A stretch of 64,000 bases of DNA from positions 4,185 through 68,184 of the forward strand of contig CAZNZT010000005.1 of the NCBI GenBank assembly GCA_964577685.1, in the 5' to 3' direction. The translations under genes were made by a program, and so were the position numbers. Positions 17,857-26,932 of the stretch are shown piece after piece (positions within the stretch are counted from its first letter, which is position 1; each line of letters begins with the position of its first letter). The notes beneath the pieces were generated by a model. It was given only the letters and a program-made list of their open reading frames with translations. It did no database searches and was not told the DNA's origin. Source of the DNA: an uncultured Methanosarcinales archaeon (GTDB lineage Archaea > Nanobdellota > Nanobdellia > Woesearchaeales > JACPBV01).

Positions 17857-19008
17857 ATGAATTTTGATTTTACACCAGAACAATTGGCAATAAAAAAAAT
17901 GATTAGAGAATTCGCTGAATCAGAGATAAAACCATACGCGGAAGAGATTGACAAGGAAAAGAAGTTTCCTGAAAAACAATTAAAAAAACTAGCTAAGCTA
18001 GGGATAATGGGAATGACAATCCCAGAGGAATACGGTGGAAGCCAAATAGATTGTGTATCACAAACAATAATAATGGAAGAGTTAAGCAGGGTTTGTAACT
18101 CAACTGCTGTTTCTTTTGGTGCTCACACAAGTTTGGCATGTAACCCAATAACAAACTATGGGACAAAAGAACAAAAGGAGAAATACCTACCATTACTTGC
18201 TTCTGGGAAGTATCTTGGTGCTTTCTCTTTAACAGAGCCAAGTGCTGGTTCTGACGCAGCAAATATACAAACAACGGCTATAAGGGACGGGGATGAATAT
18301 ATCATAAATGGTTCTAAAATATTTATAACAAATGGTGCAAAGGCAGATCTAGTAAATGTTGTTGCAATGACAGACAAAGCAAAAAAACATAATGGGATTT
18401 CTATTTTTATTGTTGAAACAAAGACTCCTGGTTTTGAAGTAGGAAAGATTGAGGATAAGTTAGGACTATGCGGTTCTTGTACAGCAGAACTTGTATTCAA
18501 GGATATGAGAGTTCCAAAAGAAAACTTATTAGGAGGAATAGAGGGGCAGGGTTTCAAACAAACTATGTGGACATTGGACTCTGGTAGAATCGGTATAGGC
18601 GCCCAAGGGGTTGGTATTGCACAAGCTGCTTTTGATGAATCACTAAAATATGTGAAAGAAAGAGAACAATTTGGAAGAAAACTGTTCAAATTCCAAGCCA
18701 TACAATTCATGCTTTCTGACATGGCAATGAAAATAGATGCTGCAAGGTTATTATGCCTAAGAGCAGCAGATATGAAAGAAAAAGGAAAAAGGTATGTTAA
18801 AGAGGCTGCCATGGCAAAGTTGTTTGGTAGTGAGGTAGCAATGGAAGTAACAAGAAAGGCTATACAGATACATGGAGGATACGGATTTACTAAGGATTAT
18901 CCTGTAGAACGATTCTATAGAGATGCAAAAATTACGGAAATATATGAAGGCACATCCGAAATCCAAAGGCTAGTTATAGCTGCAGAACTGTTGGGAAGAG
19001 GTTTCTGA
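17857..19008 (+). CDS. Acyl-CoA dehydrogenase (short/medium-chain type)
   Basis: MNFDFTPEQ...FAE N-terminus, the [16 protein letters not shown] signature, and a C-terminal [14 protein letters not shown] tail. The track start 17839 is GTG; ATG 17857 is preferred. Confidence 0.85.
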   Translation: MNFDFTPEQLAIKKMIREFAESEIKPYAEEIDKEKKFPEKQLKKLAKLGIMGMTIPEEYGGSQIDCVSQTIIMEELSRVCNSTAVSFGAHTSLACNPITNYGTKEQKEKYLPLLASGKYLGAFSLTEPSAGSDAANIQTTAIRDGDEYIINGSKIFITNGAKADLVNVVAMTDKAKKHNGISIFIVETKTPGFEVGKIEDKLGLCGSCTAELVFKDMRVPKENLLGGIEGQGFKQTMWTLDSGRIGIGAQGVGIAQAAFDESLKYVKEREQFGRKLFKFQAIQFMLSDMAMKIDAARLLCLRAADMKEKGKRYVKEAAMAKLFGSEVAMEVTRKAIQIHGGYGFTKDYPVERFYRDAKITEIYEGTSEIQRLVIAAELLGRGF

Positions 19009-19010
19009 AG

Positions 19011-19805
19011 ATGAGAATAATAGTGTGTATTAAACAAGTTCCAGATACTAATGAAGTTAAAATTGACCCAAAAAAAGGTACGCTAATTAGAGAGGGTATC
19101 CCTACGATTATGAATCCTGAAGATAAACATGCATTGTTGGAAGCAATAGAGATTAAGAATAAAACAAAAGGTAAGGTCATAGCACTCTCAATGGGGCCTC
19201 CACAAGCAGAGGAAGTATTAAGAGAGGCTCTAGCTTTAGGTGCAGATGAAGCAATATTGCTTTGTGATAGAGCTTTTGCTGGTTCTGACACATGGGCTAC
19301 AGCTAATGCTTTGGGAACAGCTATAGAAAAGATAGGCAACTATGATTTGCTGCTGTTTGGCAGACAGGCTATTGATGGTGATACAGCCCAGGTAGGTCCG
19401 CAAACAGCAGAATTTCTTAGTATCCCTCAGATAACTTATGCCAGAAAAATTGAGATTAAAGACAATAGTGTGATAGTAGAAAGGCAAATGGAAGATGGCT
19501 ATGAGATTATAAGAGGTAACTTACCTTGCTTAATAACCTGTACTTCAGATATTAATGAAATAGAATACCCAACATTAAGAGGGATAAAGCAAGCCTACAG
19601 AAATAAAAAAGTAAAGGTATGGAGTGCAGATGATATAAAAGCAAATAAATCAAAAATAGGTTTGCTAAACAGCCCTACAAGGGTAAAAAGAATATTCACA
19701 CCTCAACCAAGGGGTCAAGGTCAACTTCTTAGAGGCCCAACAAAAGAGGTAGTGAAAAAAATTGTTAATCTGCTAAAAGAGAAAGAACTAATACGGGCGT
19801 TTTAG
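19011..19805 (+). CDS. etfB: Electron transfer flavoprotein beta subunit
   Basis: MRIIVCIKQVPDT start, 264 aa, immediately followed by etfA. Confidence 0.85.
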   Translation: MRIIVCIKQVPDTNEVKIDPKKGTLIREGIPTIMNPEDKHALLEAIEIKNKTKGKVIALSMGPPQAEEVLREALALGADEAILLCDRAFAGSDTWATANALGTAIEKIGNYDLLLFGRQAIDGDTAQVGPQTAEFLSIPQITYARKIEIKDNSVIVERQMEDGYEIIRGNLPCLITCTSDINEIEYPTLRGIKQAYRNKKVKVWSADDIKANKSKIGLLNSPTRVKRIFTPQPRGQGQLLRGPTKEVVKKIVNLLKEKELIRAF

Positions 19806-20966
19806 ATGAAAGTAAAAATATCTCCAATATGTCCTGAATCAAGTCTTAACCTAGGTGGTGTTATATTAATAAGGGGAGAAGACTTCAAAGAAGTTCCAGA
19901 TATTCCTGAAGTCAGGAATGCTGTTGATAAGGGGTACTTAGAGGTACTAAAAGAAGAGAAGAAAAAAACAAAAAGTGTGAAAAAAGAAGGTAGCGAGGTA
20001 TTGGTGTTTGCAGAACAAAGAAATAATAAAATTGCTAGGGTTGTTTTTGAACTTTTAGGAAAGGCGAGGGAACTTGCAGATAAATTAAATGTGAAACTAG
20101 CTACAATTCTATTGACAGAGAAAGACAACGGATTATCTAACCAATTAATCCAATATGGTGCTGATAGGGTTTATTTAGCGGAGAACTCCTTACTTAAGAA
20201 CTATCAAACTGAGTTGTATACCAAAGTCATTGTTGAACATATTAAAAAAACAAAACCACAAATAGTAATATATGGTGCAACTAATATTGGGCGTGATTTG
20301 GCTCCAAGAATTGCACAAAGAATAACTACTGGACTAACTGCTGATTGCACAGGATTGGATATTACAGAAGAAGGTTTACTTCTACAAACAAGGCCTGCTT
20401 TTGGTGGAAACATTATGGCACAGATTGTTTGTCCAAAGCATAGACCACAAATGGCTACAATAAGACCTGGTGTAATGAAAGCAAAGGAAAAAGACAAAAA
20501 AAGAAATGGGGAAACAATCAGAGTTGAAGTGAAAATATCAGAAAAAGACAAAAAAACAGAGATCATAAAAATAATTAGAGAAACAAAGAAAAAAGTTAAC
20601 TTAGAAGAAGCGAAGATAATAGTCTCAGGTGGCAGAGGATTAGGAAAAAAAGAAAATTTCAAACTTATAGAAGAATTAGCTTCTCTGTTAAATGCTGAAG
20701 TAGGGGCTTCAAGGGCTGCTGTCGATGCGGGTTGGATTTCTAAAGAACATCAAGTTGGACAAACCGGAAAAACAGTAAGGCCAAAACTTTACCTTGCTAT
20801 AGGGATATCTGGTTCTATACAGCACAAAGCAGGGATGCAAAATTCTGATTTAATCATTGCCATTAATAAAGACCCAGAAGCACCTATATTCCAAATAGCG
20901 GACTATGGCATCGTAGATGACTTGTTTAAGATTGTTCCAGAAATGATTAAGCAATTGAAACAATAA
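19806..20966 (+). CDS. etfA: Electron transfer flavoprotein alpha subunit (with a K-rich insertion)
   Basis: C-terminal FAD-binding region YLAIGISGSIQHKAGM. 386 aa. Confidence 0.8.
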   Translation: MKVKISPICPESSLNLGGVILIRGEDFKEVPDIPEVRNAVDKGYLEVLKEEKKKTKSVKKEGSEVLVFAEQRNNKIARVVFELLGKARELADKLNVKLATILLTEKDNGLSNQLIQYGADRVYLAENSLLKNYQTELYTKVIVEHIKKTKPQIVIYGATNIGRDLAPRIAQRITTGLTADCTGLDITEEGLLLQTRPAFGGNIMAQIVCPKHRPQMATIRPGVMKAKEKDKKRNGETIRVEVKISEKDKKTEIIKIIRETKKKVNLEEAKIIVSGGRGLGKKENFKLIEELASLLNAEVGASRAAVDAGWISKEHQVGQTGKTVRPKLYLAIGISGSIQHKAGMQNSDLIIAINKDPEAPIFQIADYGIVDDLFKIVPEMIKQLKQ

Positions 20967-20998
20967 ATTTTATAATTAAAAAGCTATTTTTTTCTTTT

Positions 20999-21658
20999 AT
21001 GTTACATCCAATACAAAGGATAATAATTCCCCCTCTACTTAAATTAGTATGGATCAAAAAAATAGAGGGAATAAAAAATATACCCTTAGATGGTAAATTC
21101 GTTGCTACTCCGAATCATCAAAGTTTCTTTGATGATTGGATTGTACCAAGTATAATAGCAGTTTACCTCAATAGAGAACTTCATATGTATGTCAACAGAA
21201 AATATTTTAGAAATCCCTTGTTTAGATGGTATCTTAACCATCATAAGTGCATACCTGTAGAAGTATATAATAGTAAAGATAAAAAAGAAGTAAATGAGAA
21301 GGCATTTTGGATGGCTATGCAATATTTGGAAAAGAATGAGCCAATATGTATATACCCAGAGGGACATAGAAGTAGGGATGGGAAATTACAAATTGGAAAA
21401 CTTGGTGCAGCAAGATTGGCGATAACAGCAAGGGTTCCAGTGTTACCTATTGGCATAATTGGAACAAGAGAAGTATTACCTAAAGGAAAAATAATACCAA
21501 AAATAAAGAAGGTTATAACTGTAAAGATTGGTAAGCCTATTTATTTTAAAGAATACTACGAAAAAGGAGCAAGTAAAAAAATATTAATAAAGGCCACAAA
21601 TAAAATAATGAGAGAAATCGGAAAATTAATAGGACAGAAATACAAAAATGGTGTATGA
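20999..21658 (+). CDS. plsC: PlsC-family lysophospholipid/glycerol-phosphate acyltransferase, paralogue 1
   Basis: HX4D motif NHQSFFDD and YPEGHRS (EGTR-like) block. 219 aa. Confidence 0.7.
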   Translation: MLHPIQRIIIPPLLKLVWIKKIEGIKNIPLDGKFVATPNHQSFFDDWIVPSIIAVYLNRELHMYVNRKYFRNPLFRWYLNHHKCIPVEVYNSKDKKEVNEKAFWMAMQYLEKNEPICIYPEGHRSRDGKLQIGKLGAARLAITARVPVLPIGIIGTREVLPKGKIIPKIKKVITVKIGKPIYFKEYYEKGASKKILIKATNKIMREIGKLIGQKYKNGV

Positions 21659-22277
21659 AATATCAAAAAATACACTTGGTTTGATTGTAAATCTTTATGT
21701 GAAAGAGATAAGGGGGCTAGAGAATGTTCCAAGGAGAGGTCCCTACATAGTTGCAGCAAATCATTCTAGCTATATGGACCATTTAATTTTACAAAATATA
21801 TGGGCAAGAAAGTTTAATTTGGTCCTGCATTTTCTTGCTAAGAAAGAACACTTTGTAGGCTTACAGAAGATATGGCACAAACACTTTAAAGCTATACCAA
21901 TAGACAGAAAAAGAGGAGGAAAAACAGCCTTAAGGAAAGCTGTTAGTCTACTTAAAAGAGGAGAAGTTATTGGTATATACCCCGAAGGCACTAGAACATT
22001 AACCGGAAAACTTCAAAAGGGCAAAACAGGTGCTATTAGGCTAGCCTTAGCTTCTAGGGTCCCAATATTACCTGTAGGTATAATAGGAACATTTGAGATG
22101 TTACCAAAGGGCAAGATAATACCAAGATTTAAAAGGGCAAAGGTTAATATAGGGAAAGTTATGCATTTTGATAAATACTATGGCAAGAAGATTGATAAAA
22201 AAACATTAAGGCTTCTGACTACAAGGCTTATGAAAGAGATAGGAAGACTATGTAAAAAAAGATACATTTTTGATTAA
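21648..22277 (+). CDS. plsC: PlsC-family acyltransferase, paralogue 2
   Basis: HX4D motif NHSSYMDH and YPEGTRT block. Its ATG overlaps the end of paralogue 1 by 11 nt. Confidence 0.7.
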   Translation: MVYEISKNTLGLIVNLYVKEIRGLENVPRRGPYIVAANHSSYMDHLILQNIWARKFNLVLHFLAKKEHFVGLQKIWHKHFKAIPIDRKRGGKTALRKAVSLLKRGEVIGIYPEGTRTLTGKLQKGKTGAIRLALASRVPILPVGIIGTFEMLPKGKIIPRFKRAKVNIGKVMHFDKYYGKKIDKKTLRLLTTRLMKEIGRLCKKRYIFD

Positions 22278-22278
22278 A

Positions 22279-23259
22279 ATGGAGGTTTCTGTAATAGGCG
22301 CAGGTGGCTGGGGGACAACCTTAGCAAATCTGTTAGCAGAAAAAGGAATAGAAACTATATTGTGGGCCAGAGAACCAGAAGTAGTTAGGGAAATAGAAGA
22401 AAATAGAACAAATAATCAATTTTTACCAGGAGTTAAACTTTCTATTAAAATAAAGCCAACAAACAATCTAGAGAATGCTGTAAGAGACAAGAAAATCATA
22501 ATTATGGCTATTCCATCACAGTTTTTAAGAGTCATGGCAAAAAAAATAACAGGATATATCAAAACAGATGCTATTGTAGTAGATGTAGCAAAAGGGATAG
22601 AAGAAGGAACATTCAAGAGGATGTCCCAAATACTAGAAGAGGAGTTACCTTCTGGAGTGAGAATAATTGCTCTATCTGGACCGAACCATGCGGAGGAGGT
22701 AAGTAGAAAGATACCAACGGCTACAGTAATAGCTTCAAAGCATTCTGAAATATTAACAAAAATAAAGGAACTCTTAGAAGTAGAGTACTTCAAGGTTTAT
22801 CCACATGATGATATAATTGGAGTGGAAATATGTGGAGCGATAAAGAATATAAGCGCTATTGCTACAGGCGTTTGTGATGGTCTTGGCTTAGGGAATAATT
22901 CAAAGGCTTCTATAATCACTCTTGGTTTAATGGAGATGAGCAAAGTAGGTAGATTTTTTGGAGCAAGGAGAAGTACTTTTTATGGTCTAGCAGGAGTAGG
23001 TGATTTAGTAGCTACATGCATGTCAAAATATTCAAGGAATAGATTCGTAGGAGAAAAGATAGCTGAAGGCAAGAGTCTTGATGAAATAAAAAAAGAAATG
23101 CATGGTATGATTGCAGAAGGAGTAAAAACAACAAAAGCTGTCTATGAGTTATCAAAGAAGGAGAATATGGATTTACCTTTAACAAATCAGGTCTATAAAG
23201 TTTTATATGAAAAAAAAGAGTTAAAAAGTGCAATAAAGGATTTAATAGAATTAATATAG
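22279..23259 (+). CDS. gpsA: NAD(P)H-dependent sn-glycerol-3-phosphate dehydrogenase (bacterial-type GpsA)
   Basis: VIGAGGWGTTLA, GPNHAEE, GAIKNISAIA, GDLVATC, SRNRFVG, EGVKTTK and YKVLYEK all align with E. coli GpsA blocks. The track start 22270 is TTG; ATG 22279 is preferred. Confidence 0.85.
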   Translation: MEVSVIGAGGWGTTLANLLAEKGIETILWAREPEVVREIEENRTNNQFLPGVKLSIKIKPTNNLENAVRDKKIIIMAIPSQFLRVMAKKITGYIKTDAIVVDVAKGIEEGTFKRMSQILEEELPSGVRIIALSGPNHAEEVSRKIPTATVIASKHSEILTKIKELLEVEYFKVYPHDDIIGVEICGAIKNISAIATGVCDGLGLGNNSKASIITLGLMEMSKVGRFFGARRSTFYGLAGVGDLVATCMSKYSRNRFVGEKIAEGKSLDEIKKEMHGMIAEGVKTTKAVYELSKKENMDLPLTNQVYKVLYEKKELKSAIKDLIELI

Positions 23260-23277
23260 TAACATGACAAACAAGTT

Positions 23278-23880
23278 TTATTCTTCTGTGAAATCTTCAA
23301 TTGTTTCTTTTAACTCTTCATTTGGTTTTAATATCCCTCTGTTCCTGAGATATTCTCTTGCTAATATCCAAAAGAATAAGCCCAAACTCTTTTTTCCTTT
23401 ATTATTACAAGGGATTACTAAATCAATATTATTTGTTTGATTGTTTGTGTCACATAGCGCTACAACCGGGATTCCAACATTTATTGCATCCATTAAAGCA
23501 TTTCTATCTGGCCACGAGTCTGTAATTAATATAACCTTCGCTTCATGGTAGATGTCCAAATTTGGATTTGTCAACATACCTGGGGGGTATCTTCCGGCTA
23601 CGACTTTAATACCTGTAACCTTACCCAACATTCTAACTGGTTTCCATCCATTCTCTCTCCTACTGACAACTAGTATCTCATCTGGCTTATATCTTGAAAG
23701 AAATTTTGTAGCTATTCTTATTCGTTCATCTATTTTTTGTAAGTTCAGAACACTCAACCCATCTGGTCTGGTTTTATAAATAAAATCTTCCATATATTTT
23801 GTTTTGAACTTTGTACCTATATGTATTCCAGACTTTAGATACACATCTGTAGGTACTAAAAATTCTTGTGATTCTGCCAT
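23278..23880 (-). CDS. rps2: Ribosomal protein uS2 (archaeal S2)
   Basis: YLKSGIHIGTKFKTKYMEDFIYKTRPDGLSVLNLQKIDERIRIA matches the archaeal S2 N-terminal region. Confidence 0.85.
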   Translation of the reverse strand: MAESQEFLVPTDVYLKSGIHIGTKFKTKYMEDFIYKTRPDGLSVLNLQKIDERIRIATKFLSRYKPDEILVVSRRENGWKPVRMLGKVTGIKVVAGRYPPGMLTNPNLDIYHEAKVILITDSWPDRNALMDAINVGIPVVALCDTNNQTNNIDLVIPCNNKGKKSLGLFFWILAREYLRNRGILKPNEELKETIEDFTEE

Positions 23881-24017
23881 TTTATTGTATTTAAACCATT
23901 TAATTGCTGTCTGCTATTTTTATAACCTCAAGCAGCAATCCTCTTGACCCATAGCCGAGCCAGAGGGTTGGTATTGATTAATAGGGTTATGCTATTATTT
24001 AAAAAGGTTACGAAAAT

Positions 24018-24554
24018 TTATTCTTTAGCTTTGAATATAGAGATTTCGCGATATATTGGTCCTTCTCTTGTTAGTGTACTTTCCATTAACTTGAATGAGT
24101 CTATTTTCAATTCTTCTTCATCCACTTTTATACTCTTTAGGTTCTTTATAAATCCTTCTTTATCTTTGATGGACTTAACTCTGCCTATTGTTATATGTGG
24201 ATAGAAGTTTGGTTCCTTCTTGAAACCAAGCTCAAACAAAATATTGTCTATATCTTCCTTTAACCTTGTAGGTTCTTCTTTTGGCCTTACACCAATCCAA
24301 ATAACCCTTATATAACTCTCATTAGGAAATACACCAATATTATCTAAGGTCAAGGAAAATTGACTAAAGTTTATTTTATTCAACCTTTCTTCTATTTGAT
24401 TGACTAGATTATTAGAAACCTCTCCAAGGAATTTTAGGGTTAGATGATAATCAGAAGTTAGTTTTATCTTGGCGATATTTCTATCAAGCCTTTTTTGTAT
24501 TGAACTGAGATTATTTTTTAATGGATTAAAATCTAGAGCAATGAACAATCTCAT
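24018..24554 (-). CDS. RNA 2',3'-cyclic phosphodiesterase / 2'-5' RNA ligase family (LigT/ThpR, 2H phosphoesterase)
   Basis: Two H-x-T-x motifs (HLTLKF, HITIGR). Start moved to the ATG at 24554 (MRLFIALDF), which removes an 18-aa hydrophobic leader. Confidence 0.7.
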   Translation of the reverse strand: MRLFIALDFNPLKNNLSSIQKRLDRNIAKIKLTSDYHLTLKFLGEVSNNLVNQIEERLNKINFSQFSLTLDNIGVFPNESYIRVIWIGVRPKEEPTRLKEDIDNILFELGFKKEPNFYPHITIGRVKSIKDKEGFIKNLKSIKVDEEELKIDSFKLMESTLTREGPIYREISIFKAKE

Positions 24555-24624
24555 CTTCTTAGTGATAGGCCTATGCCGTATAAAAATTATTATAAAATAA
24601 AAAAACAAGTTTTTTATTCAGGAT

Positions 24625-24942
24625 TTACTTTAAATCCTCACCGAAATCCTCAGTATCAACTGGGGCTCCTTCAGTCTTTGTATCCTGTTCTTCCTTTTGA
24701 ATGGACTCGTCTTTTCCTTTTGAGTTACTAACCACTTCTGCAAAACCCATTCTTCTTAATACTCTTGTCACTTTTACTCTAACTTCATCTCCTTTTTTTG
24801 TATTCGGTACAAACAAAACAAATCCATTCTTCTTTGCTATGCCATCTCCTTTCTGTCCAACTGCCTCTATTTTCACATCAAGCTCTTCCCCAACACTAAT
24901 AGGAGCAACAGAACTCCTACCTGAAAAAAAACCTTTTCCCAT
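24625..24942 (-). CDS. TRAM-domain protein
   Basis: GEELDVKIEAVGQKGDGIAKKNGFVLFVPNTKKGDEVRVKVTRV matches the TRAM OB-fold pattern. The track start 24954 is GTG; ATG 24942 is preferred. Confidence 0.65.
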   Translation of the reverse strand: MGKGFFSGRSSVAPISVGEELDVKIEAVGQKGDGIAKKNGFVLFVPNTKKGDEVRVKVTRVLRRMGFAEVVSNSKGKDESIQKEEQDTKTEGAPVDTEDFGEDLK

Positions 24943-25062
24943 ATTTATTTCCACCTTACTAATTTCTTATGATTGTGTTTTTATAGCACAATCACAATCT
25001 TACACAAGATATATGTGTAATATTCTTCAGAAAGAGGGATGAGTATTTAAATGTATTGTTAT

Positions 25063-26619
25063 TTATGTGTTTCTCAATAAAAAATATCTAAATCCCTTTT
25101 CAATAGCTTCTAGGCTTGCTTCTAGTATATTAGTAGAAACTCCAACTGTTCCGAATTCTTCTTTTCCATTTTTAAATTCTATATAAACCCTAACAGAACT
25201 TTCAGCACCTTTATCTTCTGCTATCATTACCTTGTAGTTTATTAGAGAAACTTTCTTTATTTCTTTGTAATTAGTTGCTATCATTTTTTTTAAGGCACTA
25301 TATGCAGCATCTACTGGTCCTCCATTTACTGGGGCTACTACCTCCCTATTTTTTCCGTCTACTGTCCCTGTAATTATACATTCAGAGAACTCACCATTTC
25401 TTTGTTCTGAAAGTATCTTCCATGTTTTTATTTCAAATATTTTTCCCCTTTTACCAAAGAATTCTTCCTTCAGTAGGAATTGTTCTGCTGGCAAAGAGCC
25501 TATATTATAGCCCTTTCTTTCCATTTCCTCAACTTTATTAAGAATCTTTGTAACATTTGGATGGTTTTTATTTATCTTAAGGTTGAATTTTTTTAGGACT
25601 TCTACAACATTGGCTTTACCTGACAAATCACTTAAGATTATATTTCTTTTATTTCCTACTAACTCTGGTTTTATATGCTCATATGAAGCTCCTTTAGATA
25701 TTGCATCCACATGAACTCCTCCTTTATGAGAAAAGGCATTCTTTCCTACATAGGGTTGGTGTGTCGATGGTTTAATATTTGCTAAAGTGTAAACTAAATT
25801 ACTGAGGTATGTTAATTTCTTAAGTTTCACTTGTATAGGGAATTTCTTTTTTAGTACAAGGTTTGGAATTAACTGGCATAAATCTGTATTTCCTGTTCTT
25901 TCTCCAAACCCGTTTATTGTTCCGTGGATTTGTGTTATCCCTAACTCAACAGCTATAAGGGAATTTGCAACCGCACAGCCAGAATCATTATGAAAATGAC
26001 AACCAGTTTCAGATTTTATATTTTCTTTTTTTAAGAATGTTATTACATCTCCAATTATTTTTCTTACTTCAGTTGGTAGGGTCCCACCATTTGTATCGCA
26101 AAAAATTAAACAATCTGCTTCTCTAGCTGAACTTATACACCTAAGGGCATATTCTCTGTTATCTTTGAATCCATCAAAAAAGTGTTCTAAGTCATAAAAA
26201 ACTTTTAAGCCTTTTCTCTTTAGGAATCTTATACTTTCTTCTATCGCCTTAAGATTTTCGTCTTTTTTTGCCTTTAGTTGCCTCTTTACATGCTGTAACC
26301 AAGTTTTTCCAAATATACAAGCAATAGGGGCCTTACTTTTTATGATTGCATTAAGGTTTTTGTCTTCATTCGCTTTTATGTTCATCCTTCTTGTGGAGCC
26401 AAATGCCACTATCTTGCTTTTTTTTAATCTTATTTTTGATATTTCCAAGAACGAGTCTAACTCCTTCTTATTTGAAGCTGGCCAACCAAACTCGATATAA
26501 TCAATACCAAAATCATCAAGGGCTTTAGCTATTTCTATCTTGTCCCTTATAGAAAAACTAATATCTGGGCTTTGAGTTCCATCCCTTAATGTTGTGTCAA
26601 GTATTTTTATTTTCTTCAT
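25063..26619 (-). CDS. 2-isopropylmalate / (R)-citramalate synthase family (LeuA/CimA)
   Basis: ILDTTLRDGTQSP start, HMGL-like TIM barrel (HFHNDSGCAVANS), C-terminal LeuA dimerisation/regulatory domain. 518 aa. Confidence 0.8.
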   Translation of the reverse strand: MKKIKILDTTLRDGTQSPDISFSIRDKIEIAKALDDFGIDYIEFGWPASNKKELDSFLEISKIRLKKSKIVAFGSTRRMNIKANEDKNLNAIIKSKAPIACIFGKTWLQHVKRQLKAKKDENLKAIEESIRFLKRKGLKVFYDLEHFFDGFKDNREYALRCISSAREADCLIFCDTNGGTLPTEVRKIIGDVITFLKKENIKSETGCHFHNDSGCAVANSLIAVELGITQIHGTINGFGERTGNTDLCQLIPNLVLKKKFPIQVKLKKLTYLSNLVYTLANIKPSTHQPYVGKNAFSHKGGVHVDAISKGASYEHIKPELVGNKRNIILSDLSGKANVVEVLKKFNLKINKNHPNVTKILNKVEEMERKGYNIGSLPAEQFLLKEEFFGKRGKIFEIKTWKILSEQRNGEFSECIITGTVDGKNREVVAPVNGGPVDAAYSALKKMIATNYKEIKKVSLINYKVMIAEDKGAESSVRVYIEFKNGKEEFGTVGVSTNILEASLEAIEKGFRYFLLRNT

Positions 26620-26662
26620 TTTTCCGTTTTTGGTTCTTTATTTAACATCTTAATCTTTTTGT

Positions 26663-26688
26663 CTGCAGTCAGAAAAAGAACTGCAGTC
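26663..26688. promoter_or_regulatory. Two copies of CTGCAGTC (each containing the palindromic CTGCAG) 18 bp apart, 45-70 bp upstream of the leuA/cimA start in the leuA/trmB-like divergent intergenic region
   Basis: Read directly: gtCTGCAGTCagaaaaagaaCTGCAGTCtc. It is the only GC-rich motif in a 313-bp AT-rich spacer. Confidence 0.25.
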
Positions 26689-26932
26689 TCTAAGATATAA
26701 TAATAGGAATAATAAAGACAACTAATATAATAGAAACAATATTCTTCATTGGTTTATGATTACTGTAAGACATATCTCTGTGAGGGTTTTATTGGATATT
26801 TAAATTTTTTCATTTTTACTCATTTTTATTTTTGCCATTTTAGAGTAGCAAAAAAAGAAAGATTTAAATATGATACTTTATTTCTACTAAAGTCTATAAG
26901 AATTTAAAGAACTTAGAGGAGAACGATGAAAA

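Noticed and set aside
18156-18812. Antisense ORF 18156..18812 (218 aa) inside the acyl-CoA dehydrogenase gene; similar antisense ORFs within gpsA, the PAN gene and the pheS/pheT region
   Set aside because: Opposite strand of well-supported conserved genes. Low-complexity translations. No independent evidence.
24955-25062. Hairpin gattgtg-ttttata-cacaatc between leuA/cimA and the TRAM gene as a terminator
   Set aside because: On the transcribed (minus) strand it is not followed by an oligo-T tract, and archaeal termination is T-run driven. It could be an operator but I have no supporting evidence; left unannotated.
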